From: Heterodontus francisci
Lineage: Eukaryota
Length of the DNA stretch: 64,000 nucleotides
Direction: 5' to 3'
Assembly (NCBI RefSeq): GCF_036365525.1
Contig: NC_090418.1
Location: 10,974,856 to 11,038,855 of the forward strand
The position numbers and the translations under genes were made by a program. Positions 49,301 through 62,872 of this stretch are shown in pieces. How positions within the stretch are numbered: the stretch's first letter is position 1; every line of letters begins with the position of its first letter. Under the pieces are notes generated by a model, which was given only the letters and a program-made list of their open reading frames with translations, was not told where the DNA came from and did not search any database.

Positions 49301-52300
49301 CACAGCTGACTGGTGAGTAAGTCCTGGTGGGTATTTTTCAACCTGGATTGAATTGTAAGTCATTGTTTTAGCAAGACTTAGTTGAATGATTTTTTTTTAC
49401 TATGATGGTCTTCTAAAGTTTTAAATTGAAAGGGTTTAGTCAAGGCAGGAGAGCTTAAAACCGTGGGTTGCTCCTCTTGCTGCATGTGGGAATCCGGGAA
49501 CATTTCCAGTCCCCGGGACCAGCATGTGTGCAGCAAGTGTGTCCAGCTGCAGGTCCTGGAAGCTCGGATTTCAGAGCTGGAACGGCGGCTGGAAACACTG
49601 TGGAGCATCCGCGAGTCTGAGAGCATTGTGGATAGCACGTATAGAGAGGTGGTCACACCGCAGCTGAAGGGACTTGAGGAAGGAAGGGAATGGGTGACCA
49701 CCAGGCAGTCCAAGAGAATCAGGCAGTGAGTTCAGGAGTCCCCTGGGGTCCCGCTTGCAAATCGGTATTCCATTTTGGAGGCTGATGAGGCTGGTTCCTC
49801 CAGGGAACGCGGACCGAGCCAAGCTTCTGGCACCACAAGCAGCCTGTCTGCACAGGAAAGGGGAAAGAGAGGAAGAGCAATAGTAATAGGGGATTCTATA
49901 GTCAGGGGAACAGATAGGCGCTACTGTGGCCGTCAACGTGACTCCAGGATGGTGTGTTGCCTCCCTGGTGCCAGGGTCCGGGATGTCACTGAATGGCTGC
50001 AGGGCATCCTGAAGGGGGAGGGTGATAAGGCAGAGGTCATGGTACATGTTGGTACCAACGACATAGGTAGAAAGAGGGATGATGTCTTGCATCAAGAATT
50101 CAGGGAGTTAGGCAGTGGACTAAAAAGCAGAACCTCTCGGGTTGTAATCTCTGGATTACTCCCAGTGCTAGCGAGTATAGAAATAGGAGAGGCAAAATTT
50201 GGTTAGGAATAGTCAGCATGGCTTTGTCAGAAGGAGGTCATGCATCACAAATTTGATTGACTTTTTTGAGCATGTGACCAGGTGTGTAGATGAGGGTAGT
50301 GCAGTTGACGTAGTTTACATGGATTTCAGCAAAGCCTTTGACAAGGTCCCACACGGGAGCAAATGCACATGGGATACAAGGTAACTTGATAAGGTGGATT
50401 CAAAATTGGCTCAGCTGTAGGAGACACAGAGTGATGACAGACGGTTGTTTTAGTGACTGGAAGCCAGTGTCCAGTGGCCTACCACAGGGATCTGTGCTGG
50501 GTCCCCGACTGTTAGTCATCTATGTCGCTAATATAAATGACAATGTGGGGGGTAGGATCAGTAAGTTCGCGGATGACACAAAGATTGGACGAGTGGTTAA
50601 CAGTGAGGTTGAGTGTCTTGGGTTAGAAAATGGGGAAAAAAGTAGCAGATGGAATTTAACCCTGAAAAGTGTGAGGTGATACACTTTGGAAGGAGTAATG
50701 TGACATGGAAGTATTCAATGAATGGCCTGACACTGGGAAGTTCCGAGGAACAAAGGGACCTTGGCGTGTTTGTCCATAGATCTCTGAAGGCAGAAGGGCA
50801 GGTTAATAGGGTGGTGAAAAAGGCATATGGGACACTTGCCTTTATCAATCGAGGCATAGATTACAAAAGCAGGAAGGTCATGTTGGAGTTGTACAGAACT
50901 TTGGTAAGGTCACAGCTGGAGTACTGTGTGCAATTCTGGTCGCCACATTATAGGAAGGATGTGATTGCACTGGAGGGGGTGCAGAGGCGATTCACCAGGA
51001 TGTTGCCTGGGATGGAATATTTACTATGAAGAGAGGTTGGATCGGCTTGGGTTGTTTTCGCTGGAGCAGAGAAGACTGAGGGGTGACCTGATTGAGGTGT
51101 ACAAGATTATGAGGGGCATGGACAGGGTGGATAGGGAGCAGCTGTTCCCCTTAGTTGAAGGGTCAGTTACTAGGGGACACATGTTTAAGGTGAGGGGCAG
51201 GAGGTTTAAGGGGGATTTGAGGAAGAACTTTTTAACCCAGAGGGTGGTGACGGTCTGGAATGCACTGCCTGGGAGGGTGGTAGAGGCGGGTTGCCTCACA
51301 TCCTTTAAAAAGTACCTGAATGAGCACTTGGCATGTCATAACATTCGAGGCTTTGGGCCAAGTGATGGCATATGGGATTAGGTAGACAGGTCAAGTGTCT
51401 TTAATGCATCGGTGCAGACTCGATGGGCCGAAGGGCCGAAGGGCCTCTTCTGCGCTGTATTATTCTGTGATTCTGTGATGTGGCACTTTGTCAAATGCCT
51501 GCTGGAAATCCAAGTACAGTGTGTCACTGGGCTCCACTTTGTCCACAGCACATGTTACTCCTTCAAAGCTCTCCAATAAATTGGTTAAACATGATTTCCC
51601 TTTAACAAGCCATGCTGACTATTCCCGATTACCTTGAGTTTTTCAAAGTGCCCAGCTATAGTCTCCTTAATGATCCATTCTAACACCTTCCCCATGACAG
51701 ACATCAAGCTAACTGGCCTATAGTTACCTGTTTTCTGCCTCCTCCCCTTCTTGAAAACAGAGGTTATATTCGCGACTTTCCAGTCTGGTGGAACCTTTCT
51801 AGAATCCAGCGAAACTTTGAAAAATTAACACCAACCCATCTATGACCTCATTAGCCACCTCTTTTAAGACCCTCGGATGAAGCCCATCAGGACGCAGGGA
51901 CTTGTCAGCCTCCCACCGCCTCACTACCCATTCCCGTCAGCTAGTTTAAATTCCACCCATTGTCCTCGGTTCCCACCATAAACTCCTCTCCCTAGCTACC
52001 AACTCCCTAGTAACTGCCTGAGGTTGAACCAGACTGTTCACAACATCAGTGTCATATTTAACCCCAAAATGAGCTTCCGACCACATCTCCGTACCATCAC
52101 TAAGACTGTAACATCAACTGACTCCGCCACTGTCTCAGCTCATCTGCTACTGAAACCCTCATCCATGCCTTCATTGCCTCTAGACTTGACCATTCCAACG
52201 CTTTCCTGTTCTACCCTCGGTAAACTTCAGCTCCGAACTCGCACCGACTCCCATTCACACTTCATCCCTGTGCTCACTGATCTACTTCGGCTCCCAGTTT

Positions 52301-55300
52301 AGCAACAACTCGATTTGAAAATTCTCATCCTTGTTTTCAAAACCCTCCACAGCCTCGCCCCTCCCTATCTCTGTAATCTGCTTCAGCTTCAAGATCCTCT
52401 GAGATAACAACACTCTTCCAATTCTGGCCTCTCCACCATTCCTGATTGTAATTGCTCCACCGTTGGTGTCGGTGCCTTCAGCTGCCGAGGTCCTAATCTC
52501 TGGAATCCTCTCCCTAACCCTCTCCGCCTCACTACCTTCCTTTCCTCCTTTAAGTCACTCCTTAAACATCGCTCTTAGACCAAGCTTTCAGTCACCTGTC
52601 CTAATATCTCTTTATATGGCTCGGTGTGGTATGTTCCTTTACAACACTCCTGTGAAGCACCTTGGCTCATTTAGATCATCGTGAAGAGAAGCGGCCCCAA
52701 CCACTACCGATAATGTCAACACTTTGTTTACCAGAACACAACCCATTCAATACGTCAATGATTCCAGGGTCTTCACCTCTATCATTCTGTTCAGAAGTCC
52801 CAACTAAGTATTGGCCACTCCCTGTTTATCATTCCTGATATCATTCCCAAAGTTACCTTTTACTATCCAAACCTGTGTCGTTTGTTTAACCGTTTCCATA
52901 TTGTTCACTATCTTATATATCACAATAAGATCACTGCTCAGGTAGCTCAAACGCCCAAGTCACTCCAATCTTTCCTCATAACTCAGACCCTACTGCCTGG
53001 GGATCAGTCTTGTGTCTCTTCTCCTCACTGCCTCCGGTGTTTGAATGCCTCACTGGTGTTTCATTGACCAGAACTGAACGTAGTCCTCAAGCTGTGATCT
53101 GACCAGAGTTTGATTACAATTTCTTGCTGTTCTGATCTATGGAGTTCAACATTGCATTAACCCTCAAATATCGAGGTGTTAGTGTGGAGAAAGAGAGGGA
53201 TAAGGGCAGGATAGAAAGGACATTGAGAAAAAGTGAGAGAGGTTTATTCATAAGGAGAAATCAAACGGACAAACTGGGAGATAGGATCAGCAGCGTGAGA
53301 GAGAAAGATGGCTTACAGAGAAAGAGAATACACAGAGCCAACGATTTCCCCTTTACTGTCTGTGTTACAGAATCTACCTGGTGTCTGGTACCCAATAAAA
53401 CAATTACCTGTAGGAAGCTGAGAGACAGCGCTCCATATTCTCGAATCTTTCTCTGTCGTGTCGAATACTGATCCAACAAACACAGCTCCCTGCGATCGAT
53501 GTGCTGGTTAATTTGAATTAGATTCAATGATATTTGGAACAGACCAGCAAACAGCACTCGGCACCCCTTTCAGAGCCTGCAGTCGAGCCAGTTATATCTC
53601 AGAGCAGAGTTTGAAACTGTAGGAAGGGCTGGTAAAAAATACCTGAGGGAATAGATTAGGATTCGTCAGACTTGGCAGCTGTACAGAAAAGCTTGGCAGT
53701 GAGTGAGACAGAATAACTGAGAGAATCTTACCAGCGGGCAATGTGAAGCTGCCATTTGAGAAAAAATGCAAAGTAACTTGTTATTCCTGATTGACTGTTC
53801 TGATAACAGCAATGTAGTTGGGAAACGAGTTTATCCTGTAACAAGCTCAGTTCAGTTCTAATGAAATAATTCCTCATCATTAGCTTCAATATGTGATCCC
53901 ACACAATGTGTCAATTTAATTCCTTTCATTACACTGCAAGGGAATTGCTCCCATTCCTCTTGGCATTTCCTCGCTGATGAAGATTTTGGGAAGGTTGTAC
54001 CCACCGGTTGCAGGCAAGCTGGTGGTTGGTCAGGCCTTTCCGTCATCAGCAGATTCTCCCACAGTGGGTACAAGTGAAGGTGTAGTGGCTGCTGGGGGTA
54101 ATTGGATCTATCCTTCTCCTCCTTTTCTCTTTCATGCTGGTTCTTCGCTCAGTCTCAGAGGTGTCTGTAGCCCTCTTGATGTAGCATCTCCAGGCATCAC
54201 GATCTATGGTCTGCACTTCCCACTGGCGATGGTCGATGTGGCACACAGAGAGGGACTTCTTCAGGGAGTCCTTGAAACATTTGCATGGGCCCCCTCTGTT
54301 CCTTTTACCAGTGGTCAGCTTCCCGTACACCATGATCTTGGGCAGGCGACTGTCGTCCATCTGACTAACCTGACCCACCCATCACAGTTGGCTTTGCAGG
54401 AGGATGGCCTTGATGCTGGTGATATTGGCTGTTTCCAGGACTTCAATGTTTGTGATGCAGTCCTGCCAGCGGATCTTGAGGATGCTGTGGACGCAGCACT
54501 GATGGAGGTGGTCTAGAAGGCGTACATGATGGCGGTATAGGACCCATGACCTGGTGCCATACAGAAGGGTGGTGAGGACTTTGAGTTTGTACACTTTGAA
54601 TTTGGTCTTTGCTCTGAGGCTGTGGTTGCTCCACACACATTGGTATAGTCTGCCAAATGTACTGTTTACTTTTGAAAGCCTATAGTCCACTTCCATGTCT
54701 ATGGTGGCATCAAACGAGATGACACTCCTCAAATAAGTAAATTGCTTGACGGCATTCAGCTCGGTTCCCTCGATGACCATGCTCGGTGGTCTATATTCTT
54801 CTTGGGGTGCAGGCTGACGCAGGTCTTCAGTTTTCTTCACACTGATTTTTAGTTCGAAGAGTTGTGCTTCCTTGGAAACGTGTTGTTATGTGTTGCAGGT
54901 CTGACCGACTGTGGGCCAGGAGAGCACAGTCATCGGCGAAAAGAAGTTCACGGATGAGTTTTTCCTGTATCTTTGTGTGAGCCTGAAGACGCCTGAGGTT
55001 CAAAAGATCTCCATCAGTCCAGCAGTGAATGTAAACTCCCTCCTCAAGGTCTTCCGTTGCCTTCTGCAGCTCAGCCAGCCAGTCAAGAGAAAAAGACAGC
55101 CGACCGTCAAGCATGCAGCACCCTTTGCAGCATCATGCTGAAAAAGATGGTGAATAGGGTCAGGGCCAGCACACATTGGAGATACGGAAGGGACTCAAGA
55201 GGTCGTTGTTTTGCTTGACTTGTCCGTACTGATTTTCATGAAACTGCTTCACCATGGCCAGGAACCTGGGTGGACATCCAAGTTTTACCAGGACTTTCCA

Positions 55301-57843
55301 AAGTCTATCTCTGTTCACAGTTTCGAATGCCTTGGTGAGGTCGACGAAAGTGACGTATGGGCCTTTGTTTTGCTCAAGACACTTTTCTTGTAATTGTCTG
55401 AGTGCAAATACCATGTCTGTGGCGCCGCTGTTTGCTCTGAAACCACACTGGCTCTCTGGGAGGTTTTCTTCCGCAATGGTAGGCACAAGCCTGCTCAAAG
55501 GTATTCCAGCCAGGATCTTCCCAGCAATAGAAAGGAGGCTGATCCCACGGTAGTTGGAGCAGTCTGATTTTTCTCCTTTGTTTTTGTACAAGGTGATGAT
55601 AACGGTAGCACGAACATCCCGTGGAATCCTGCCCTGTCCCCAGCAGGCCGTGAAACACTCCTGGAGCTTGGTGTAGAGGGCAGGGCCACCTTGTTTTAAG
55701 GCTTCGGGTGGAATTCCACCGGCTCTGGGGGCTTTGTTGTTCTTCGTCTAGTTGATGGCGGTCACAGTTTCCTCCAGAGTTGGGCTCTCACCCAGTTCTT
55801 CTTTGGCAGGCTGTTGTTGGATGTGTTTGATGGCAGTATCATGCACTGTGCACTTGGTGCTGAAGAGAGTTTCAAAGTGCTCTGACCAGCGTTCCAGGAC
55901 TGACTCCTTGTCGGTGTGTAGGGTCTTGCCATCGGTGCTCCTCAGGGGGTTTTGGATTTGATTTGCTGGTCCATAGATAGATTTTAATGTTTCGTAGAAA
56001 CTTCTTATGTGGCCAGTTTCAGCGTACAGTTGAGTTATTTCCACAAGTGTGATCCACCAGTCATTGTGGATGTTCCTCAGTTTGCATTGTAGGGTGCTGC
56101 ATGCTTGACGGTCGGCTGTCTTTTTCTCTTGACTGGCTGGCTGAGCCGGGTGACCCTGATGAGCTGACCTTTCTCCTTGTCATTTTCATCAAACCAGTCC
56201 CTATTCTTCTTGGTGCTGGGTCCGATGACCTCGTTGGAAGTATCCAATACAGAATTGCTCCCATTGGAGGAGAATCAAACATCGGAGACAGTGCGGATAA
56301 AAACCACGAGGTGGATTCCTAGCAGCGGGGTTCTGCGTTACGAGGAAAGTCGGGAGAGACTTGGGCTTTCCGACCTGTCTAAGAGGTGATCTTATGGACC
56401 AACAAAAGGTAGTAAATAATAGGGAGAAACTTTAACTGGTTTGAAATAAACTCTAAGGCCTCAGAATTGGGCTCCATCATGACGTCAGTGCCGGACTGAC
56501 AGAAGCCCTGAAGGGAAATAATGGCGGATACGGGGAAAGAGCCAGGGAATGGGACTTACTGGATTGCACTTCGGAAGAGCCGGCACAGACTCGTGCTGAA
56601 CTATCCTATGATTTCATAGACTATCCCAGCACAGAAGGAGGTCATTGTGCGACAGAGGCTGAAAATCCACAGTGCGTCTTAAATGCCAAAGTACTGAGAT
56701 GCACCCTCTCAAAATCATAATGCTTTCCTGTAGGAAACAAATGGAAAACAACAATCCAGTCCAAGACTTCAAAGTTACAGCCTGATCCTTTGTGGAGTAT
56801 CCTAGAATCATACAATTATAGAATCTTACCCTACAGATGGAGGCCATTCGGCCCATCGTGCCTGTGCTGACTCTTTAAAAGAGTTCTCCAATTTCGTCCC
56901 ACATCCCAGCATTTTCCCCATAACCCTGTAAATTAGTTCTCTTCATGTACCTGCCCAATTGCCTTTTGATAGTTCCAATGGAATCAGATTGTACCATCCT
57001 TTCAGATCATCTGTTCCAGATCAGAACAAGCCTCCGGAGGCAGGAGTTTCTCTTCATTACCTTTCGAGTTCTTTAGCCAATTATTTGAAATCGGTGTCCT
57101 CTGGTGACCCACCCACTTCCCAGAGGGAGCGGTTTCTCCCTACTTGCTCTATCAAAGCCCCTCACGATGTTGGACACCTCGATTTAAATCTCCCCTTAAC
57201 CTTCTCTGCTCTAAGGAGACCAATCCCAGTTTCTCCAGTCTCTCCACATTACTGATTCCCTCATTCCTGGTATCATCCTGAAACTCTGACCCCTCTCCAA
57301 GGCTTTGACATCCTTCCTAAAGTACGGTGCCCAGAATTGGACACAATGCTCCAACTGAGGCTTAACCAGAGAGTTGTTTGAAAAAAAGAAAGTCTTGCAT
57401 TCATATAGCACCTTTCACGAGCACAGGACATCCCAAAGCGCTTTATAGCCAATAAAACAACTTTTGAAGTGTAGTCGCTGTTGTAATGGAGGAAACATGG
57501 CAGCCAATTTGTGCACAGCAAGATCCCACAATCAGGAATGTGACATTGGCCAGATAATTCTAGATTATTGTATGAATAGTTTCCATCAAAATGAGCAATC
57601 GTGGAGCTGATTTGTGTCAGGTGACATGGGGAAACTCAGAGTCACTCCTATTGGTCTAAATAAAATAGGCCCGCCTGGCAATGAATCCATGGGTTCTGCC
57701 ATTGGGTGTAAATTGTGGAGATTGGGGCTGGTTAATTGGCTCAATGTTGCTGCTTCTGGGATCATTGGTGTCAGGTGACTGCAGGTTGTGTGTATAAAAG
57801 GAGCTGGTTGGTGGATGAAGCGATGGTTGAGTTGTTTGGTATC

Positions 57844-60758
57844 ATGGGGGATTTTGTAATGAGGGGTTTGTTCCCAGTGCTGGTGTTATTTGGAATTGTC
57901 TGTTGCTCTGATACTTGGCAACAGTTTCGAGACCAGAGGTTTCCATGGAGAAGAGTGAAAGCCACCCCTGTGCCTCAGAGAGTCCCTCCAACTGGGTCTC
58001 CCTTTGGTTCCCGTTTCCATGTGTCTGAGGGTCGAAGTGTGTCTCCACTGCAGACTGTGATGGTGCAGTGTGGAGAGCAGAACCTGCTGGTCAGGGTCCA
58101 GATGGATTTATTTGGAACCAGGCACCTGATTAAAGCTGCTGACCTGACCCTGGGGACAGCAGGTTGTCGGCCGACCAGGATCTACTCTCAGAACCACACT
58201 GTCCTCTTTGACTATGGGCTCCATGAGTGTGGCAGCAGATTACAGGTAATGAGTCCTTGACTCTTGCTCTAAGCTGGGTGTGTAGATTGTTGCTAACTCT
58301 TCATTCCAATACATTGTGAAATGTCATTGAGTTGTCTGTCTCCTGCATTATCAAACTTCAATCTTGTTAGTTGTGTATTGTACTTTTGTTTTATCCAGTC
58401 TCTCCTTCTTTCCCACCTTGTATTATCAGCCCAATTGGTTTTGAACCTTCTCTTTGGTCTCTTCAAGCTTTCCTGTTTTTCTTATCCTCATTAATGAGTC
58501 TTTTCAGTTCTACTGCCCCTCATTAAACTGAACTTGAATCTTCAGTTTCAGTCCAGTTTTATTTAATCTGGTTGACTCTTCAATGAACGGAATGAAAAAT
58601 TAGATTTGATGCCACATTTCCTGCTTTCCCTGTAACTGGATTACGTGCAGCCCTGCTTCAAGACTGGTTTATTTCTGAGCTCTAAATTGCTGTAACTTGT
58701 GGCTGTTAAGGGAATGGCCCAAAAGGACAGCTTCACTTTTATTTTGTTTAGTTCGTGTGCTCACAGTCTCTCCTTTTTACTTGTGTTAATTCTCCAGAGC
58801 AACATGCTGTACAGCCCCTCTAGCTGCTTTTAAGATTGTGCTTAAACTTCTCCTCAAATTCCATGTCCTCATCTCATTCTGATTCATTTTATGCCCAAAA
58901 AGATATCCATCCATCTTGAATATCATCCATGAGGATTTGTCTGTCTCGGGTAGAGAATTCCAAAGATTCATGGTTTTTTGAATGAAGCTTTTTTTAATCA
59001 CGGCAACTGCAAGTGACCCTGTATCTGAGTCTACACTTCTTAACTTTACTAGTCAGTTGGGGAACTGACTCAGCACTACCCTGTCAAGCCCACTAAGAAC
59101 TGTTTTGTTAGGATCACTTCATTCTTAACTCCTGTACAGAGTATTTTCCTTTTTTGGTCTGATCTCCCTGCTTCAATATGATGTCTTTCAGATGGCTGGA
59201 GATTTCCTGGTCTACACCACCCACCTGAACCACACCCCCCAGTATCATGGATCTGTCATTGTGAGAACAAATGGAGCTGTCGTTCCCATCGAGTGTCATT
59301 ATTTTAGGTCATAGATGAGTGATTTTTATTAATGAATTTTCAGTCCAATGCAAGTTCTCTGAAGTTGTCCTAAAATGACTCTCCTGTCCTTCCAGGAAGG
59401 GGAATGTGAGCAGTAACCCCATCAAGCCCACCTGGATCCCATTCAGCTCCACCAAGTCTGGAGAAGGGCATCTGTCATTCTCTCTGCGCCTAATGAATGG
59501 TATGTGATGGGTGGATGGGGAGTGATTTCCTGTACTCACCCACTGGGAGTTGTACCCACTGTCTCCAACCCTTGTCCTCTTGTACTTCAGATGACTGGCT
59601 TACAGAGCGCACCTCGACTGTCTACTACCTGGGTGACCTCATTCACATTGAGGCCTCTGTTTCAATGACCAACCACATGCCCCTGAAGCTCTACATTGAC
59701 CACTGTGTAGCTACATTGAGCCCAGACAAGGATTCCTCCCAGAGATACAGCATCATTGACTATAATGGGTAAGGAGCTCTCTGCTTTCTCCAGTTGGTCC
59801 CATCTCAATGGCTTCACTTGATTCAATTCATGTCCCTTTTTTGAATCTTTCTCCAGTTGCCTCCTGGACAGCAAAGCTGAGGACTCCTTTTCAACCTTCG
59901 TGTTGCCAAGAGACGAGCGTGAGCTGGACAAGCTCCGGTTTGACCTGGATGCTTTCCGCTTCTTTGGAGATGACCGTTCCTTGGTAAGAGGAATCTGATC
60001 ATTGGGTCCTCCATGTTTGGAGGGAGTGACTAAATGACTTGTGTTGAAATTTATCCCTCAGATTTTCATCACCTGTCACCTGAAAGTTGCTGCAGTGGAT
60101 CGGAGAGATTCCATGAACAAAGCTTGTACTTTCCAGAAGATGCAGAATGTGTAAGTTCCCTTTTCTCTCCTGAGGGATGTTGTATGGAAAGGTGATGGAC
60201 AACCTGGTTGAGCAACTTTCTCTTGTTTAGCTGGACCCCATTGGAGGAATCCAACAATGACATTTGTGCCTGTTGCCATGTGGGTAACTGTGGTGCCACA
60301 AGGGAGTTCCGATTTCTTTCCAGAGGAAGGAGGGATCTTGTACCTGAAGCTGGTAGGACATTGATCCTCTAGATGTGGGAGGTCTCCCTTTACCCCCTCT
60401 AACTGGCATGTTTGATATTGCAGAGAGTGAAGCTGGATTGAAGTGGGAGGGTGAGGCCTCACTTGGACCCCTGCTCATTCTGGATACTGAGGTGACTGAC
60501 CTGGCAACGGAGTCCTTGAATGAGGTTGAGCGAAGGCTGCAGGCGAGGTCTCCAGGTGGTGAGTTGGCTGACTGCTAGTTTCCATTTTTCCTTCAGTGTT
60601 TCCTTCACTAACCATTGGTTTCTCATTGCTTTGTAGGTGTGAAGTCTGAGGTGGTCCTGATTGTGGCCCTGACTGTGACAGCTGTCTGTCTGATCTCTGC
60701 TTCATTGATTGCTTTGTTCCTGTACAGGAAACGCAAGCAAACTCCAGTTCTCCAATGA
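57844..60758 (+). CDS. zp3: ZP3-like, copy 2; exons 57844-58245, 59192-59307, 59396-59499, 59591-59768, 59857-59983, 60062-60150, 60231-60352, 60424-60558, 60637-60758
   Basis: Same exon structure with an open frame. Manual count gives 13 amino-acid differences from copy 1. The intron 2 donor is GTCATA instead of GTAATA. Confidence 0.94.
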
Positions 60759-62872
60759 TCAATAAAGCAATGATACTTGTATCTTTTTCTATTTATTTCG
60801 TGTAAGTCCAATGAACAACAGCCCAGTTCAGTGATACTGGAGCATTCTTCTAATTGTGAAATAGACCAATTTCTCCCGAACCTATTTCGGGTTTGGATTT
60901 GTCAAGTTGCAGCCTGACCTATAAGAAGGATTAGTGAAATGAATCCGATCTGAGCTGATTTATCTATTCAGCTGCATCTCAGTCCCATGTTGCTGAGATT
61001 TATCCACCAGTTAGAGGAGCTGTCTGGTTGGCCAATAAAGGTCAACATTCTGAGGTCCATGGATGTATCCTCTCCACCTGAGTTCATGTCAATGTCCCAT
61101 ATCCCTGTGGTTTTCTACAACCTAAGGGCATTGCTGTGCAGAGTTGAGGCTGGTTGTTAGTTTCCTTTTGGCTTTCATTGACAGCTTAGGTTTTTTTTTT
61201 CATATGGGCATTCGACTGACTGTCACTTGTGGGAAGCTACAAGCATTGGGGAGGATGAGCAGTTTAGCTGAGTTGCTTGGTCAAGTTCTCTAACTGTCAA
61301 AGCCTAATTGGATTTTGAAGTTACTACCAAGTGAGTTGTTTGGCATGTTGTCTGTGGACCTCAAAGGTTCCCTGGAAGACTGAGGCAGCCTTTTCCACTT
61401 GGATGTGGTTTTTTGGGAGATACTAAGTGTTTATATTGACTGGGATGTGACCAGTGGTGATCCCTCGGGTTCTACAGTCTGTACTGGCTAATGTTACATG
61501 AAGGAATCTTGATGTGTTATATCCAAGTTTGCAGGTGATCTCCTGTGCCAATGAGAGCAGGAAGTTCCAAAAGGGGCACTAAGTGGATGGGCAGAGTGAC
61601 AACTGCAGCTGACTGAAATTCTTCACTCAAGTCTGAAGATTAAAAATTTAAGTCAAATTCTCACCAATGAGATTTGAAGGTCCAAGTCCTTTATTTTAAT
61701 AAACTATAGCAAACATTTTGCTGAATATAAGCTTGTCACAAAGTGGAATGGCTGATGGTTCAGTTGCAGTGTACTTTGTCCAAACTCCAATGTTTTGGAG
61801 TACTACATAAATTTTTGGGCACTACATCTGGGAAGGATACTGCTGGATTTGGTTGGGTTGTAGCACAGGTTGACCAGGGTTAAGTTGAGGGCTAGTTGCA
61901 CAAACCTGTGAAGATGATTGGAAGAATGACCTAATCAAGGGCCTGTTAAATGTTAGGGTTTGATAGGATAGATAGAGATTATGGGGAGGTGGTGGCCTCG
62001 TGGCATTATCACTGGATTAGTAACCTGGAGACCCAGGGTATTTCTCTGGGGACATGGCTTCAAATCCCACCACAGCAGAAGGTGGAATTTGAATTCAATT
62101 AATAAATCTGGAATTAAAAAGCTAGTCTAATGATGGCCATGAAACCATTGTCTGTTTAAAAACCCATCTGGTTCACTAATTCCCTTTCTTTTTTTAGGGA
62201 AGGAAATCTGCTGTCCTTACCTGGTCTGGCCTGCATGTGACTCCAGATCCACAGCAATGTGGTTAACTCTAACACTCAGTGCAAGGGTGATTGGGGATGG
62301 GTAATAAATGCTGGCCTGGCCTGGCCTATGACACCCACATCCCGTGAAAGAATTAAAAAAAAAAACTTCATGTGGGGTGTTAAAGGGAGCTAAACTTAAT
62401 AGATTATTCAGGCGTTCTCTCTTACTCAGCCATTGTGATGTGACGTGTTTGTCAGGTTGTCTCTGTGTGACTATTTGAGCAGCACCATCTTTAGTCCTGG
62501 CATCCAGAAGTCGCAGTCCATGACGTTTTAGAGGCATTTGTGCATGTGCCACAGCACTGCCACCTAGTGGTAGTTTTTGGAGGGCCAGCAGCTCACCAGC
62601 CGCAGTGGTGACACTGGGAGGAGTGGTCACTGCTGGGACTGCACCCGGCCAGGAGCAACAAGATGGAACAGGTCCCAGAACCCAGGGAAGTGGGGTCAAG
62701 CTGACCGGGGCCAGTCAGGCTGGGTGGTAAGGGGGTTGTTGGCGAGGGCAGAGTGGAGGGTGTTTCAGTGGGGGCAGCCCTCCACCGGGTGTCCCCTCCA
62801 TGGGCCACAGGGTGCCTGATCAGGAGGGCTCCCCATAACCCAAGCCCACATGGAGGACGACAGCTTTTACTG

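Larger units (their letters stand above)
31704..62872 (+). repeat. Tandem segmental duplication, unit 2 (31,169 bp)
   Basis: Collinear, ~99% identical copy of unit 1. It is shorter mainly because of a 528 bp deletion at 48907/48908. Confidence 0.97.

Noticed and set aside
31704-62872. Duplication as a pure assembly artefact
   Set aside because: A third unit, private indels and an older ghost copy argue for a real array, although exact copy number still needs read support.
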